Shown: one piece after another, positions 1-11,600 of the stretch
Layout of the letters: each line of letters begins with the position of its first letter
Position numbering within the stretch: the stretch's first letter is position 1
DNA from: Bacteroidales bacterium
GTDB lineage: Bacteria; Bacteroidota; Bacteroidia; Bacteroidales; UBA1715
Assembly: GCA_045615765.1 (NCBI GenBank)
Contig: JAZLFM010000013.1
Coordinates: 29,043-93,042 of the forward strand
Length of the DNA stretch: 64,000 nucleotides
Direction: 5' to 3'
Made by a program: the position numbers and the translations under genes
The notes under the pieces: generated by a model
The model's database searches: none
Seen by the model: the letters and a program-made list of their open reading frames with translations, nothing else
Told to the model about the DNA's origin: nothing

Positions 1-1952
1 TCGGCACTCAGTATGCCCACCATTCCAACGTTTTCGAAGTCAAGTCCTTTGGTAAGCATTTGCGTTCCTACAAGTATGTCGATTTCTTTTTTCTCAAATC
101 TGTCGATGAGTTCTGTGTAAGCATTTTTCCCACGAGTTGTGTCTAAATCCATTCGTGCGATGGTTGCATTGGGGAAAATTTCAGTAAGTGTGTCTTCAAT
201 TTTTTCGGTCCCGAAGCCAACCAAACGCATATTTCTATTGTTGCATTCTGGACAAGTCGTTGTGTATGGAGTTCCATAACCACAATGGTGACACATCAGT
301 AAGTTGCTGATTTTATGGTAAGTAAGGCTTACATCGCAGTTAATACATTGATGAACAAATCCACAATCAGGACATTCCATATATGGTGAATAACCGCGAC
401 GGTTTTGGAATAAAATCACTTGTCGTTTTTCTTCCAAGAATTTGGTGATTTGTTCTATTAATGTTTTACTGAAAACGTCGTCGTGTAAACGCAAATGTTT
501 ACGTTCTGTACGCATGTCAATTATGTGAATATCGGGCAATGGAGCCGTTGTGTGACGGTTGAATAATTCAACCAATCCAACAGTTTTTTTCAGAACATTA
601 TAGTATGTTTCCATACTTGGAGTTGCTGTTCCAAGTAAGAGTTTGCCTGCAAATTTCTGAGTAAGTATGTAAGCGATATCGCGGGCATTATATCGTGGAG
701 AAGGATCATATTGTTTAAAAGAAGTTTCGTGTTCTTCGTCAACTATAATTAATCCTAAATTGTTGAAAGGCAGAAATATAGACGAACGAACTCCCAGGAT
801 TATTTTATAGGAATTTTCGTTGTTTGCCAAAATGTTATTCCAAACTTCAATGCGTTCGTTATCCGAAAATTTTGAGTGGTAAATACCAACTTGATTTCCA
901 AAAACATTTCGTAAGCGGTTTATGATTTGCGATGTTAGTGCAATTTCGGGAAGTAGATACAAAACTTGCTTACCGGCATCTATCATTTCTTGTATGAGAT
1001 GAATGTAAATTTCAGTCTTACCACTGGAGGTTACCCCATGTAGTAGACAAAAATTCTTTTGCGCGAAGTTTGCATGAATTTCGTTGAGTGCTTGTTGCTG
1101 ACTTTCACTCAATTGCGCAAGACCTTTAGTTGAAGAAAAATTCTTGTTGAATCGTGAAACAATGCGCTCTTCAATGCGGATAATTCCTTTTTTCTCTAGT
1201 TCGGTTAAAATAGCTCCTGAGGAATTTTTTAGCAATTCTTTTTTCTCTATGGCATAGTCAGGAATGTCCTTGTTTTTTATGAAAGCGTTTATGATTTCAA
1301 GAAAGGTACTTTTTTGTTTCGCAGCTTTTGAAACAAGAGCAAAAGATGTGTTTATGAAATCGGAGTCTGATGCTGGTTTACAGAGAGTTACGAATGATTC
1401 TCTTTTCGGTTTATATTGACTAGAAATAGATTCTCCAACAACAACTGCATCGAGTGCAACCAATCGTTGTACGACTTTTGAAACGGATTTTTTACCCAAT
1501 GCTTTTGCTAAATCTTGTAAGGTAATCTTTTCGTTATGTTCTATTAAAGTGAAGACTTCACGATCGCTTTCGTTAAGAAGCATGCAGTCAAAATCTTCGT
1601 TTACGGAAAGATTTGCCTCACTTTCTAATTTGAGTCCTGAAGGGAGAGCGGCTTTCATTATTTCCCCGCGAGTACACATGTAGTAATCCGACATCCAATT
1701 CCATAATTGGAGTTGTTGTGTTGCTACAATAGGTTGTTCATCGAGAATAGAATCAATCTCTTTGATGATGGGCGTGTCCGGTTTGTTGTTATGGATTGAA
1801 TACACAATTGCCGTGTACATTTTTCGTGTTCCTAATTGCACAATAACGCGACTGCCTATCTGCAGATTTCCGATGAGAGAATCGGGAACACGATAGGTGT
1901 AAAGCGGAACCGCCAATGGTAATATGACATCGACAAATGTTTCCGTAAAAAT
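1..1952 (-). CDS. priA: Primosomal protein N' (PriA replication-restart helicase), N-terminal ~650 aa; the 3' end of the gene lies beyond the window start
   Basis: The minus-strand frame is open from the window edge up to an in-frame TAA at 1959-1961. My translation begins (L)LIFTETFVDVILPLAVPLYTYRVP. It contains Walker A GVTSSGKT, a DEEH box, a Cys-rich zinc insert (CPDCG..CINC..CHHCG..CPEC) and ILVGTQMLTKGLDFENV. It is absent from the ORF track because it has no ATG start and is edge-truncated. The start is probably ATT at 1950-1952. Confidence 0.9.
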   Translation of the reverse strand, partial: MFTETFVDVILPLAVPLYTYRVPDSLIGNLQIGSRVIVQLGTRKMYTAIVYSIHNNKPDTPIIKEIDSILDEQPIVATQQLQLWNWMSDYYMCTRGEIMKAALPSGLKLESEANLSVNEDFDCMLLNESDREVFTLIEHNEKITLQDLAKALGKKSVSKVVQRLVALDAVVVGESISSQYKPKRESFVTLCKPASDSDFINTSFALVSKAAKQKSTFLEIINAFIKNKDIPDYAIEKKELLKNSSGAILTELEKKGIIRIEERIVSRFNKNFSSTKGLAQLSESQQQALNEIHANFAQKNFCLLHGVTSSGKTEIYIHLIQEMIDAGKQVLYLLPEIALTSQIINRLRNVFGNQVGIYHSKFSDNERIEVWNNILANNENSYKIILGVRSSIFLPFNNLGLIIVDEEHETSFKQYDPSPRYNARDIAYILTQKFAGKLLLGTATPSMETYYNVLKKTVGLVELFNRHTTAPLPDIHIIDMRTERKHLRLHDDVFSKTLIEQITKFLEEKRQVILFQNRRGYSPYMECPDCGFVHQCINCDVSLTYHKISNLLMCHHCGYGTPYTTTCPECNNRNMRLVGFGTEKIEDTLTEIFPNATIARMDLDTTRGKNAYTELIDRFEKKEIDILVGTQMLTKGLDFENVGMVGILSA

Positions 1953-1958
1953 GAGTAA

Positions 1959-2369
1959 TTAACTGAATAATTTTTGGAAGAAAGATTTCTTTTTCTCCTT
2001 GTTGTATTCGCCAGCAGGAGCACTGCCAACCGATAATTTTTGGCATATAAGGGACCAGTCAATTTCTCCGCCAAATTCTACATTTCTATCATCAATAAAA
2101 ATGTCGGCATCAATTTTACGGCTCATTTCACCTTCTATAAATTCTTCTTCCGGATAGTTTCGGTTAATGGCATAGAATTCAATACCATTTTTGCGACAGA
2201 AATCTACAGCTTCATCCAATTCTTTGCCACTTCGGTAAGTCCATAGGATCAACTGATCACCACGTTTTTGTAGCTCGCGTAAAGTCTCGAAAGCAAACAA
2301 TTTTTTTGCTCCGATTTCAGGATATTTGTGTTCAACCAATGTACCGTCAAAGTCAACTGCAATCTTCAT
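1959..2369 (-). CDS. Small HAD-superfamily phosphatase/nucleotidase-like protein (136 aa)
   Basis: ORF-track protein with an N-terminal DxDGT motif (AVDFDGTLV) and a distal IFIDD acidic motif, both typical of HAD hydrolases. Its stop lies 6 nt upstream of the priA start region in the same frame. Confidence 0.75.
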   Translation of the reverse strand: MKIAVDFDGTLVEHKYPEIGAKKLFAFETLRELQKRGDQLILWTYRSGKELDEAVDFCRKNGIEFYAINRNYPEEEFIEGEMSRKIDADIFIDDRNVEFGGEIDWSLICQKLSVGSAPAGEYNKEKKKSFFQKLFS

Positions 2370-2385
2370 TGTATCGTTTTTTTGT

Positions 2386-2409
2386 GGAGACGCGGTGCAC
2401 CACGTCTCT
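2386..2409 (-). other. Hairpin in the 5' leader of the HAD-priA transcript (GAGACG/CGTCTC stem)
   Basis: GAGACG (2387-2392) pairs with CGTCTC (2403-2408), plus a G-U closing pair. It lies between the minus-strand -7 box (2445-2452) and the HAD ATG (2369). It shares 19 of 23 positions with the terminator hairpin at 12487-12510. Confidence 0.6.
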
Positions 2410-2444
2410 AATCATAAATAAATTTAGGGAAAATCCACCAATGG

Positions 2445-2452
2445 CAAATATA
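2445..2452 (-). promoter_or_regulatory. Bacteroidetes -7 promoter element (TATATTTG on the minus strand) for the HAD-priA operon
   Basis: Plus-strand CAAATATA is the reverse complement of TATATTTG, an exact TAnnTTTG match, 76 nt upstream of the HAD ATG. Confidence 0.4.
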
Positions 2453-2644
2453 TCATAATAATTCAAAAAATAGATAAGAAAACCCAACAACTCAATAAGA
2501 ATTATTGGACGATTTTTCTTGCATGTTAATATAAATTGAAGTATATTTACGCACTTATGGAATGCCACGTTCTGTAAGTAAAAAATAAAGGTTTCATTTA
2601 TGCCCGAATCCCTGTTAGGGAACGGTCATATAAAATATAGGCTT

Positions 2645-5600
2645 ATGAAAAGTTTAAATTTTAATTTGAAATGTAGAAGCATCTTTTTGATGGTTTTGGG
2701 AATGTTGTGTTTTTCTGTGACGGGTATTGCAGGAGAGGGGACGGCGAAACCAACAAATGGAGAGTCTGTGGTTGTTTGGAATGGAGGTAATCATAGTGTG
2801 ACAACAGCTGTGTCAAAAAATTCAGTTACATTTACTGTTGTTGGTCCTTCATGGGATGGGACCTCTGAAATGTATATTGGTGTTGTGCTTTCTGGATCTG
2901 GGAATGTTGAAAATCCAAATGAGTATGTTTTGGGTAGTTTTTCTGTGGGAGCTACATCTGTGGCTCAAAAATATGTTCCTTATTTAAATACCGCAGAATA
3001 TGGATACAATGGAACCCAAAATTGTTTATCCATTATGTGTCCTAATAAAGTGGAAAGTAAATTCACTGTTCAGGTTGTTAATGGTGTTGTATATGTTTGC
3101 GATGGCGATAGTCCTTGCGTTAGTACAGATCCTTTTATTGAAGATGGCTATATTCCGACCGTAACTGCATCTGCTACAACACTTTGCGGTGGTGGCGATG
3201 TAAAATTGGAGATGAATACCGTTCCAGCGGACAAATATAATGCAGCGAAAGGGTATCCTACTTACCAATGGTATCGAGGGTCAACGTCTGTCCTTTCAGC
3301 ACATTCCAAAAGTTATACAACAAATCTTGCTGGAACATATTATTGTAAGTTTTGTGTAGCAGATGGTGTGTGTGTGAATTCTGAATCTGTTGAGGTAACA
3401 AGTCCAGGCTCTCCTAAAGTTGTATTGGACAAGAGTAGTTTGTCATTTTCTTCATATGTGGGAGATACTCCTTCGGCTCAAGGTGTAACTGCAACTGTTT
3501 CTGGTGTGTGTGCCGATGTGTTATCTACGGCTTCGTTTGTGGATGGAGAAGATAATTTTACATTGACCGATAATGGCGATGGAACATTTACAATAGCCCC
3601 AAATTATTCAACATCTTCTACTGGTTCATATAGTGGCCATGTAAAATTTAAAATTGATGGTGGTGAAAATGCAATTTTGACACTCGATGGTAGCGTTTAT
3701 GAGCCACTTACTGCAGAATTTGGTAATTGTGCACCTATTGGATCAACTTCGTCCGCTAATTCTGTTGTGACTACAGGTGGAGCTGTTCCATTGTCATACC
3801 AATGGTACAAAGCTAATGGTTCAAAGATTTCTGGAGAAACAAGTGCTTCATGTTCGTCTTCGGAGGCTGCTTATTGTATTGTCAGTGATGCCACAGGTAA
3901 TTCTATTACAGTGAATGTAAAGAAAGATAATGTTACACTAAAAGTAGCAGATCAAAGTGTCGCTTTGTCTCCATGTGGTGTTTCAAAATATGTTGCGACA
4001 TCTATAATTGATGGACATGGTCAAGCCAAATTTGAATTAAAACTAAATGGATCGAATCCAAATTTCACAAAGAAAAATGCAGGTCCAGGAACATGGAGTG
4101 GAGATTATTATCAGAATTATCTTAACGAGTCAGGGACAAATTATTCGTATTATTTTATAATTGATGTAGATAAGAAGGAAATTGAAGCAACAACTACAGC
4201 TCCTAATTGTAATACAGAAGTCCTTGAACCTAAATTAATTCCATCTCAAAAAGCTTTTTGTTCGCCAACAGATGTAATTACATTAGATGCATCAACTACG
4301 GCCGAAAATAATATTATTACTAATCCAGCATCTTGTTATCCACAATATGTATTTAAACGAGGTAGCGAGATAGTTCAAAGTGGTTCAACACCAACATTGG
4401 ATATTACAGTTGCTGAATCAGGAACGTACACATGTGATATTTATGCTTCATCAACTTCGTTTAAAACAACAGATCCAATAACATTGTCTGCTCCAAGTCC
4501 AAGTATTAGTGTAACCAATGGTAAGACTTCGGATGAACTTACAAGTGTTATATTAGAATCACAATTAGGTGAATCTATCCCTTCTAAAACAGTTACTGTT
4601 GAGGTAAACGGTACTTGTGACGATGATGATGTTGTTGTTACTACAACAGGTGATTTTGAGGTTACGAAAACAGGTGTTAATGAATATACCATTAAAGGTA
4701 CTTATTCAAAAGGCGAAAAAACTATAGATCCGCATGCGGGTTCTGTGGTGTTCTCTTCGACAGGTGCTTCTCCTGTAACGGTAGATCTAAAAGGGTATGT
4801 GTTCCCATGTTCTAGTGGTGAAGTTGCTAATTTCAATTTTGAGGATGGAAGTTTACCTACAATAATTTCTACTGGTCTGAAATCTTTCGATGGGTCAGAT
4901 AAAAATAATGGGTATAGTATTACATCTAAGAAAGTTTTTGATAATGGTGATAATCTTGTTGGTACTGCAGGGAAAGTTCTTCTGACAGCTTCGAGTCAAA
5001 ACAAATATACCGCATTAACTTTAAATACAACAAGTTTGGAGGGTGCAGGTTTCTTGTTTGCAATGGATTGCGGAAATACTTCTTATAGTGGTAAAGTTTA
5101 TGTTAAGGTAGGAGAAGAAACATGGACTATTGAAAAAAATAAAAAAGAAAGAATGTCCTTCTTTGTACCTGCTTCTTCATCTGTTGATGTAACGGTGGAA
5201 AATAATAATAATTTGTCTGTTTATTTTGATAACATTTCTGTTACAAAATTATGCCCTCCGACAGTTTCAGTTTCGATTTCTTCAGGTTCTGCTTGTGATG
5301 GAACAAGTGTGTTCTCTGCAACTCCGGAAGGCGCTATGCCATTTGAATATGAATGGTATGTTGATGGCGCTTTGGCAAAATCTCGTTCGGAGGAATCAAC
5401 CTATACAAATCCGGAATCGTTGCCTGATGGAACACAAGTACATGTAAAAGTCTGGGATTCATACGGTTTGGTTGCTGAATCTGAAGATTTTATCGTTCAA
5501 TGTATGAATGTAAAACCTAGTTTTACAAATAATAATGTATGTATAGGTGGAGAAACTGCTCTTCGTATAACTGATACAGAAAAAGCTACAATTGCAGCTG

Positions 5601-8600
5601 CTGGTATGCCTCAACCTCTTTCATATCAATGGTATTTTAATGGTTCTCCGAAAGGTGGAGCCTCTACTTCGTACAGTGATTTAAACTTTGCATCCGTTTC
5701 TTCAAGTGATGCAGGTACATATACATTATATATTATAGATGCAAAAGGTAAACGATATGCAACCGGTTCTGCTGAATTGACAGTAAAAATGCCAAAATTT
5801 ACTGTTGACAAAAGTTCTTTGACTTTATCTGAAGGTAATTCTTATTCTGGAACCATAGAGGTAACACCTGCAGATGTTTCATGTTTTCAAACTGCTTCTG
5901 CAGAATTTGTTGGTGGAGATGCAGGTAAATTAGAAGTAACAAATACAGGAAATACATATACAGTTGCTTTGAATGCAGCGAGTCAATCGGTTGCCGGTGT
6001 GTATGAATCAACGTTGGTATTGTATGATAGAGTAAAGTCAGAAACAGAAAAAGATGTGGCTGTTTCTGCAACGGTTCCTCTTACTTTGTCGCCAATAACA
6101 TCTGCACGACCATGTGTTGCTGCTGTTGGATTTAGTGCAACAGTTCCAGCTACAAAAACAAATGCCACTTGCGTTTGGAAGGTGAATGGTACAATTGCAA
6201 AAACAGAGACTATTACAGCCTCAAGTTCAGAAACATCGATAATTTTCAATCCTAGTAAAAACCCAGAAGTTGGTGATGTTATTTCTTTAGAGGTTACAAC
6301 AGCTGATGGTTTAACAGAAACTAAAAAATTCACAGTAGAGAGTTGTGGTTTAACAATGACAATTGCTCCAACTAGTTTCGAACAAGCAAAGAGTTATGTG
6401 GTTTGCCCGGGGCAGGAGTTCTCAGTAGATTTTGATTTAAAGTTTGTTGGCGGTGTGGTTCCTGATGGAACTGAATATACATATTCAATAACTTCTACAT
6501 CTCCTGTAACATTGGCGGATGCTGGTGGAAGCAAAACAGGAACAGTTACTTTCCCTACAACTCCTGGAGATTATACCTATACAGTTACAGTTGACTTTAC
6601 TGTTGATGGAGAATCATATACAAATTCAGTTTCGTTCTTTGTAACTGTTTTAGATGATATTAGTTTAAATATAGAGGATGTTAATGGTTGTCGACAAGAG
6701 AATATTGTTTTTTATGAGAATACGGGTGCGGACAATATATATTGGTATACAGAATCAGATGCCTATGATTTGTTTGGACCTGAATCAGGGAAAATAGATG
6801 TTGGGAAGTCTTTTTTCAGTGGGGCTACAGTTGAAGGGAAAAAGTATTATTTTGTAGTAAAATCAGATTTAGGTTCATTTTTTTGTAAAGAATCTAATGC
6901 TAAAGCATTGCTAAATGATGATGATCTTATATACATATATTCTCAATATTCACAGCCAGTAAGTGTCTGTCAAGGTTCTATAGCAGGTGATTCTCCTAAT
7001 GTTTCTAAGGCTATAAATTGCTCAGGCACGACATTGTCTTCTGCAAGTCTTTCTTATCAATGGTATAAAAATGATATAAGATCAATCTCTGGTGCAATAG
7101 AAGTGGATGGAGCAACAAATTTTGAATTAGATGTAGAGAAAATCAATACGGGAAATGTTGGTACATACTATTATTTTTGCAAAGTAACTTATCATGAATA
7201 CTCAACTTATTCAGATTTTACAACTATAACGGTTACTCCTTCTCCAGATCCAATTGTTATTAGAGATACTGCAGTATATAATGGTAAGTATTTTATCGTT
7301 CCTGTAGATAATGTACAGATTTCTACAGATATGTCTTCTTGGAAGGATCGCAAAAAGGGTGATGAAATACAAGTTTGGGGAAGTCCAAAGGAGAATCAAT
7401 TTTATGTAAGAGCTAAACCTGATGCTACAGGTTGTGCTTCTGAACCAACTACATTCTATGTTTGGGCAGGTCAAGGTGGTGTTGGCTATATTTCCGCTAC
7501 GTCAGATTTTGGAGATCAAACAAAATGTATGAATGAGAAAGCTGATACATGGCATGTACAAGGAGCAAGTCCATGGGGTTTGAATAACTTAACATACCGT
7601 TGGTATTTGGCTAAAGGTCCTGGTGAAACTTCTGGTGGAACTTTAGTTTCTTCGGAACAATCGTTTACTCCTCCTACAAATAAAGCTGGTGTATTCTATT
7701 ATTATTGTATTGTTGGTTATACAGGTCAAACTTCTACATATGTTTTAGGAACATATTCACTTACAGTTCCTGGTTTTAATGATTTTATAATTGAAGATGT
7801 TGCTGTTTGTGCGAACTCGCAATCTATTGATTTTGCTTATGCAAACGATACTTATGCAGTTTCATATGGTTTGAATGCTGCTGCATTGGACAATTCTCGT
7901 GCTCAAGGAAGTACAGCTAATATGAATATGGGAACTTCAGGAACAGCTCCGTTCCTAGTTAACTCTACAACTCCTGTATATTTCTCTGTAACAGATGAAA
8001 ATGGTTGTAAGGTTACAACTAAAGCAAACGTTGTTGTTTATGACAATTCTGTTTCAATAACAGACGAAAGTGACATGAAGGACTTTGCTGTTTGTCAAAC
8101 GGCAGAAGTTCCTACACTTGCAATCGACGCTATTCTCTGTGGTTCAGATGGAGATGTTTCTTATCAATGGTATAAAGCTTCGGGAGAAACTACAGAAGGT
8201 GTAGCAATTCCAGGTGCAACAACAAATACATATACACCAAGTACAACTGATGATCTAAATACAAATTGGTATTACTGTGTTGCATCTTATGGCACATATT
8301 CAGCACCTTCAAAAAGAGCGAAAGGAACCATTTATCCAACTCAAGATCCAGAGTTAACTGCTAGTATTCCTCTTACAGATGGTGTTTTGGATATGTATTG
8401 CACGGAATCGGTAAGTTTTACTGGTAATAAAAATAATTTTACAGGTTTTGTCTGGACTTGGGAAACTGTTGATCCTGAAACTAATGAAGTTACAGTTGTA
8501 GGAAGCAATACAACTGTTGTAAACGGAATGACCTATAGTCCAAGTTGTGATGATGCGACGCAACCAACCCAATTCCATTTACGTGTTATTGATAAAAATG

Positions 8601-11600
8601 GTTGTCCTGCAGAGGCAATCATTCCTATGAATATTCATCCTCTTGGAAAAACATATTACTATTGTGGCCCAACAGCGGTTGAATATAGAGGTCAAGATTT
8701 ATCGGCCCCTTGGGGATTAAATGATTTGAATAATTGGCATACCAATTCAAATTGTACAGGTGATATTCCAACAAGTTTTACTGCTCCTGCAAGTAAATTT
8801 ATAGTTGATAAGCCTGGTGTAGAATTATTGGCTGAACAAACATGGGAAGTAGGTGGTGATGGTACTCGAGTAGAAGTAGGTACAGGAAAATGGAATAAAA
8901 TGTCGGAAAGTGTTGCTGGTGCAAATGCGTCAAATCAATGTTATACGGGAGTATATTGTGGTCGTTGCGAGTACTTTAGCACATTAGGCTCTAATAAAGT
9001 TGATGAGGCATTTGGTACAATTGGTAGTACAGATTTTCGTAGAGACGCATCAAGTTTGAAAATTAGTGGTACGATGAAATGTACAGGCAAGTCCGAAATT
9101 GACGTTAAAGGTGGTGGTGCTTTAGAAATTGCAACAGATTTGGGAACTCCAAAAATTGGCAGCACTGAGGAAGATATTCACTATCAATACGATCCTGATA
9201 AATCAACTTCGTACAATGTCTTGGTTGTTCCAGGTGGAAGTGTAACATATTCTGGTAAAGGTGTTACGAAAATTCAAGAAGGAACATACTCTCAATTGTA
9301 TATCAATCAATCTGATCCTTCTGTAAATGTAGTGTTCCCTGAAGGTACTGTAGAAATCAAGCAATTATTAAAATATGATACAGAAATTAATAATAGTAAG
9401 ATAGATGTACCAGAATCAAGCATAGTTACTTATACAGGTAGATTACAGCAAGAAATTGCTCCGATGGCATATTCAAATCTTACTTTAGAAAACACAAGTA
9501 GAAAGTTCATGATTGGCGATGTAACCGTAAATGGTACTATGTATGTTGGCCCATCAACAACATTAGTAGGAGGTGATGAGGCTAATGTGTTAACTTTAAC
9601 TAAAGGTGGTGTTGGAGCAGATAAACCATTAGATTATAGAGGAGCGAAAATAGAGCCTGGAAATCTCACTGTAGAATATACATCTTCGGCAAAAACTGAA
9701 GTTGCAGCTATTAATTACTATAATTTAGCATTAACAGATGTTAATATAACAAAAACAGGAACGACAGAAAAAACAATAACTAAGATTGAAAATGTTTCAG
9801 CTGGTGGAGAAAGAGTATTCCCTCCTGTAACAGGTGGTGGAAAAGCTATAGGAATTGCAGGAACTATTGTTCCTGACCCTTCTGCAAAAGTTACTGTTAC
9901 TGGTAGTGAAGTGATTTTTAATGGATCTACTCATCAAGAAATGCCTGCATTTACTTTCGATAAATTAACTATCGATAATAGTTCTGTTAAGAATAACACA
10001 ACATCTAATATGGATAATAAGAACTGTGTAAGTATAGCCGGTGATGTTGTTGTTCTTTCTCAATTAACAATGAAGCAAGGTATCTTGAATACAGCGGATT
10101 ATGTAGTTGATAAGATAAACTATGAACCAAAATATCATTTAAGTGTTAAGAATTCAAGTGTTACCTCTATTTCAGACGGACATTTTAATTCAACAAAAGA
10201 CGCATCTTTCATTGTTGGTCCTGTAACTAAAAATGTTGTAGCAGGTTCTTCAACTAATAAGACAGAAATACCAGTTGGTAATTTTTCAAACTGGTATATG
10301 CCAATTACAATGTCATCAATTTCAAATGATGGTACTGTAACTGTTAGTGCAGAGTCTGGAACAACAGGCTCGAATTTAAAAGAACCGCTCGAAACAATTG
10401 ATCATGATAAATACTGGCATGTTAGCGGAACGTATGGTAAAGCAAGTTTTGGTCTTGAAAGTCGTTATGATTTACAAGGATCTAATTGTATCGCTATAGC
10501 AAGTGGTTTAAGTGAACAATTTGTTACATTGAATGGTACAGTGGATGGAAAGGGTATTTCTGATTCAAAACTTCCGGAAACAGCTTTGTCTGATGCTTAT
10601 TTAACCATGGGTAAACAAGTAGTTGTTCGCAAAAAATATTACTATGATTGTAGCGGAAACAAGGATATAACTGATATTACATCTTGGTACACAGCAAGCA
10701 ATGGAGCAGGTACACAAGCAATCTCATTCAGTGAAGATTATGCTACATGGATAGTTGAATGTAATGCTACAATTGCAACTAAGCCGCTTGAGATAACAGG
10801 TTCTGATGTTGTGGTAGAATTGAACGATGGTGTAAAATTAACAGCATACAATACGTTTAAAACGTCAGCTTTAAAACAAGGAAAATCAAGCCAATTGTAT
10901 ATTGGTAAGAAAACAGAATGTACCGTTTATGGTTCTCATGAAATTGCAGATAAAGCGGTTATAAACAATTATGGTGTACTAAATACGTATAGTAAGACTC
11001 TTGCTGTAAATAATGGTGCGACTGTCACCAACTTTGCTGGGGCTCAATGGAATATGTATAATGTTTCTCTTAAATTGGCTGCTAGTTCACAATCAACTAA
11101 TGAGAATGTTGGTCATATAATTAACTATGGAGCTGTAAATATGACCAACAGTAGTTTGTCTGTTGAAGGTCGTTTCACTCAATTAAAGAATGCAACGGGT
11201 GCTATTTGGAGTATTGATAATACTATGGCTGCAAATAATAAGTCTGTTGTATTTGATAAAGCTGAATTTAGAACAGAAAGAACTGATTATCAATATGTTT
11301 CATTAGAATGTGGTTCTACATTCTATGTTAAACACTCTGATTTAACATTCTGGTATGGTGGTATGGAAGACGATAATGCCTATATAAATGGGGACTTGAT
11401 AGTTGAGGATGGTAACATGCTTGTTCGTCGTCAATCTCAAGGTGGTGGTAAGTATAATATCACAGGTGGAGGTTGTGGTAATATATATTTGACCGATACA
11501 GATAAGAGTGGTGATGGTTTATTGACTATTCAAGGTTCAGGAGGTTCAGAATTTAATGTTAATGGAACTGTGTATGCGATGGGTGTTGTAACAGAAGGAG

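Noticed and set aside
2353-2568. 71-aa minus-strand ORF with hydrophobic stretches in the HAD / giant-gene intergenic region
   Set aside because: It overlaps the HAD start codon, the leader hairpin and the -7 box. It has an AT-driven Ile/Leu/Phe composition and no supporting signal. It is probably spurious, though a small membrane peptide cannot be excluded.
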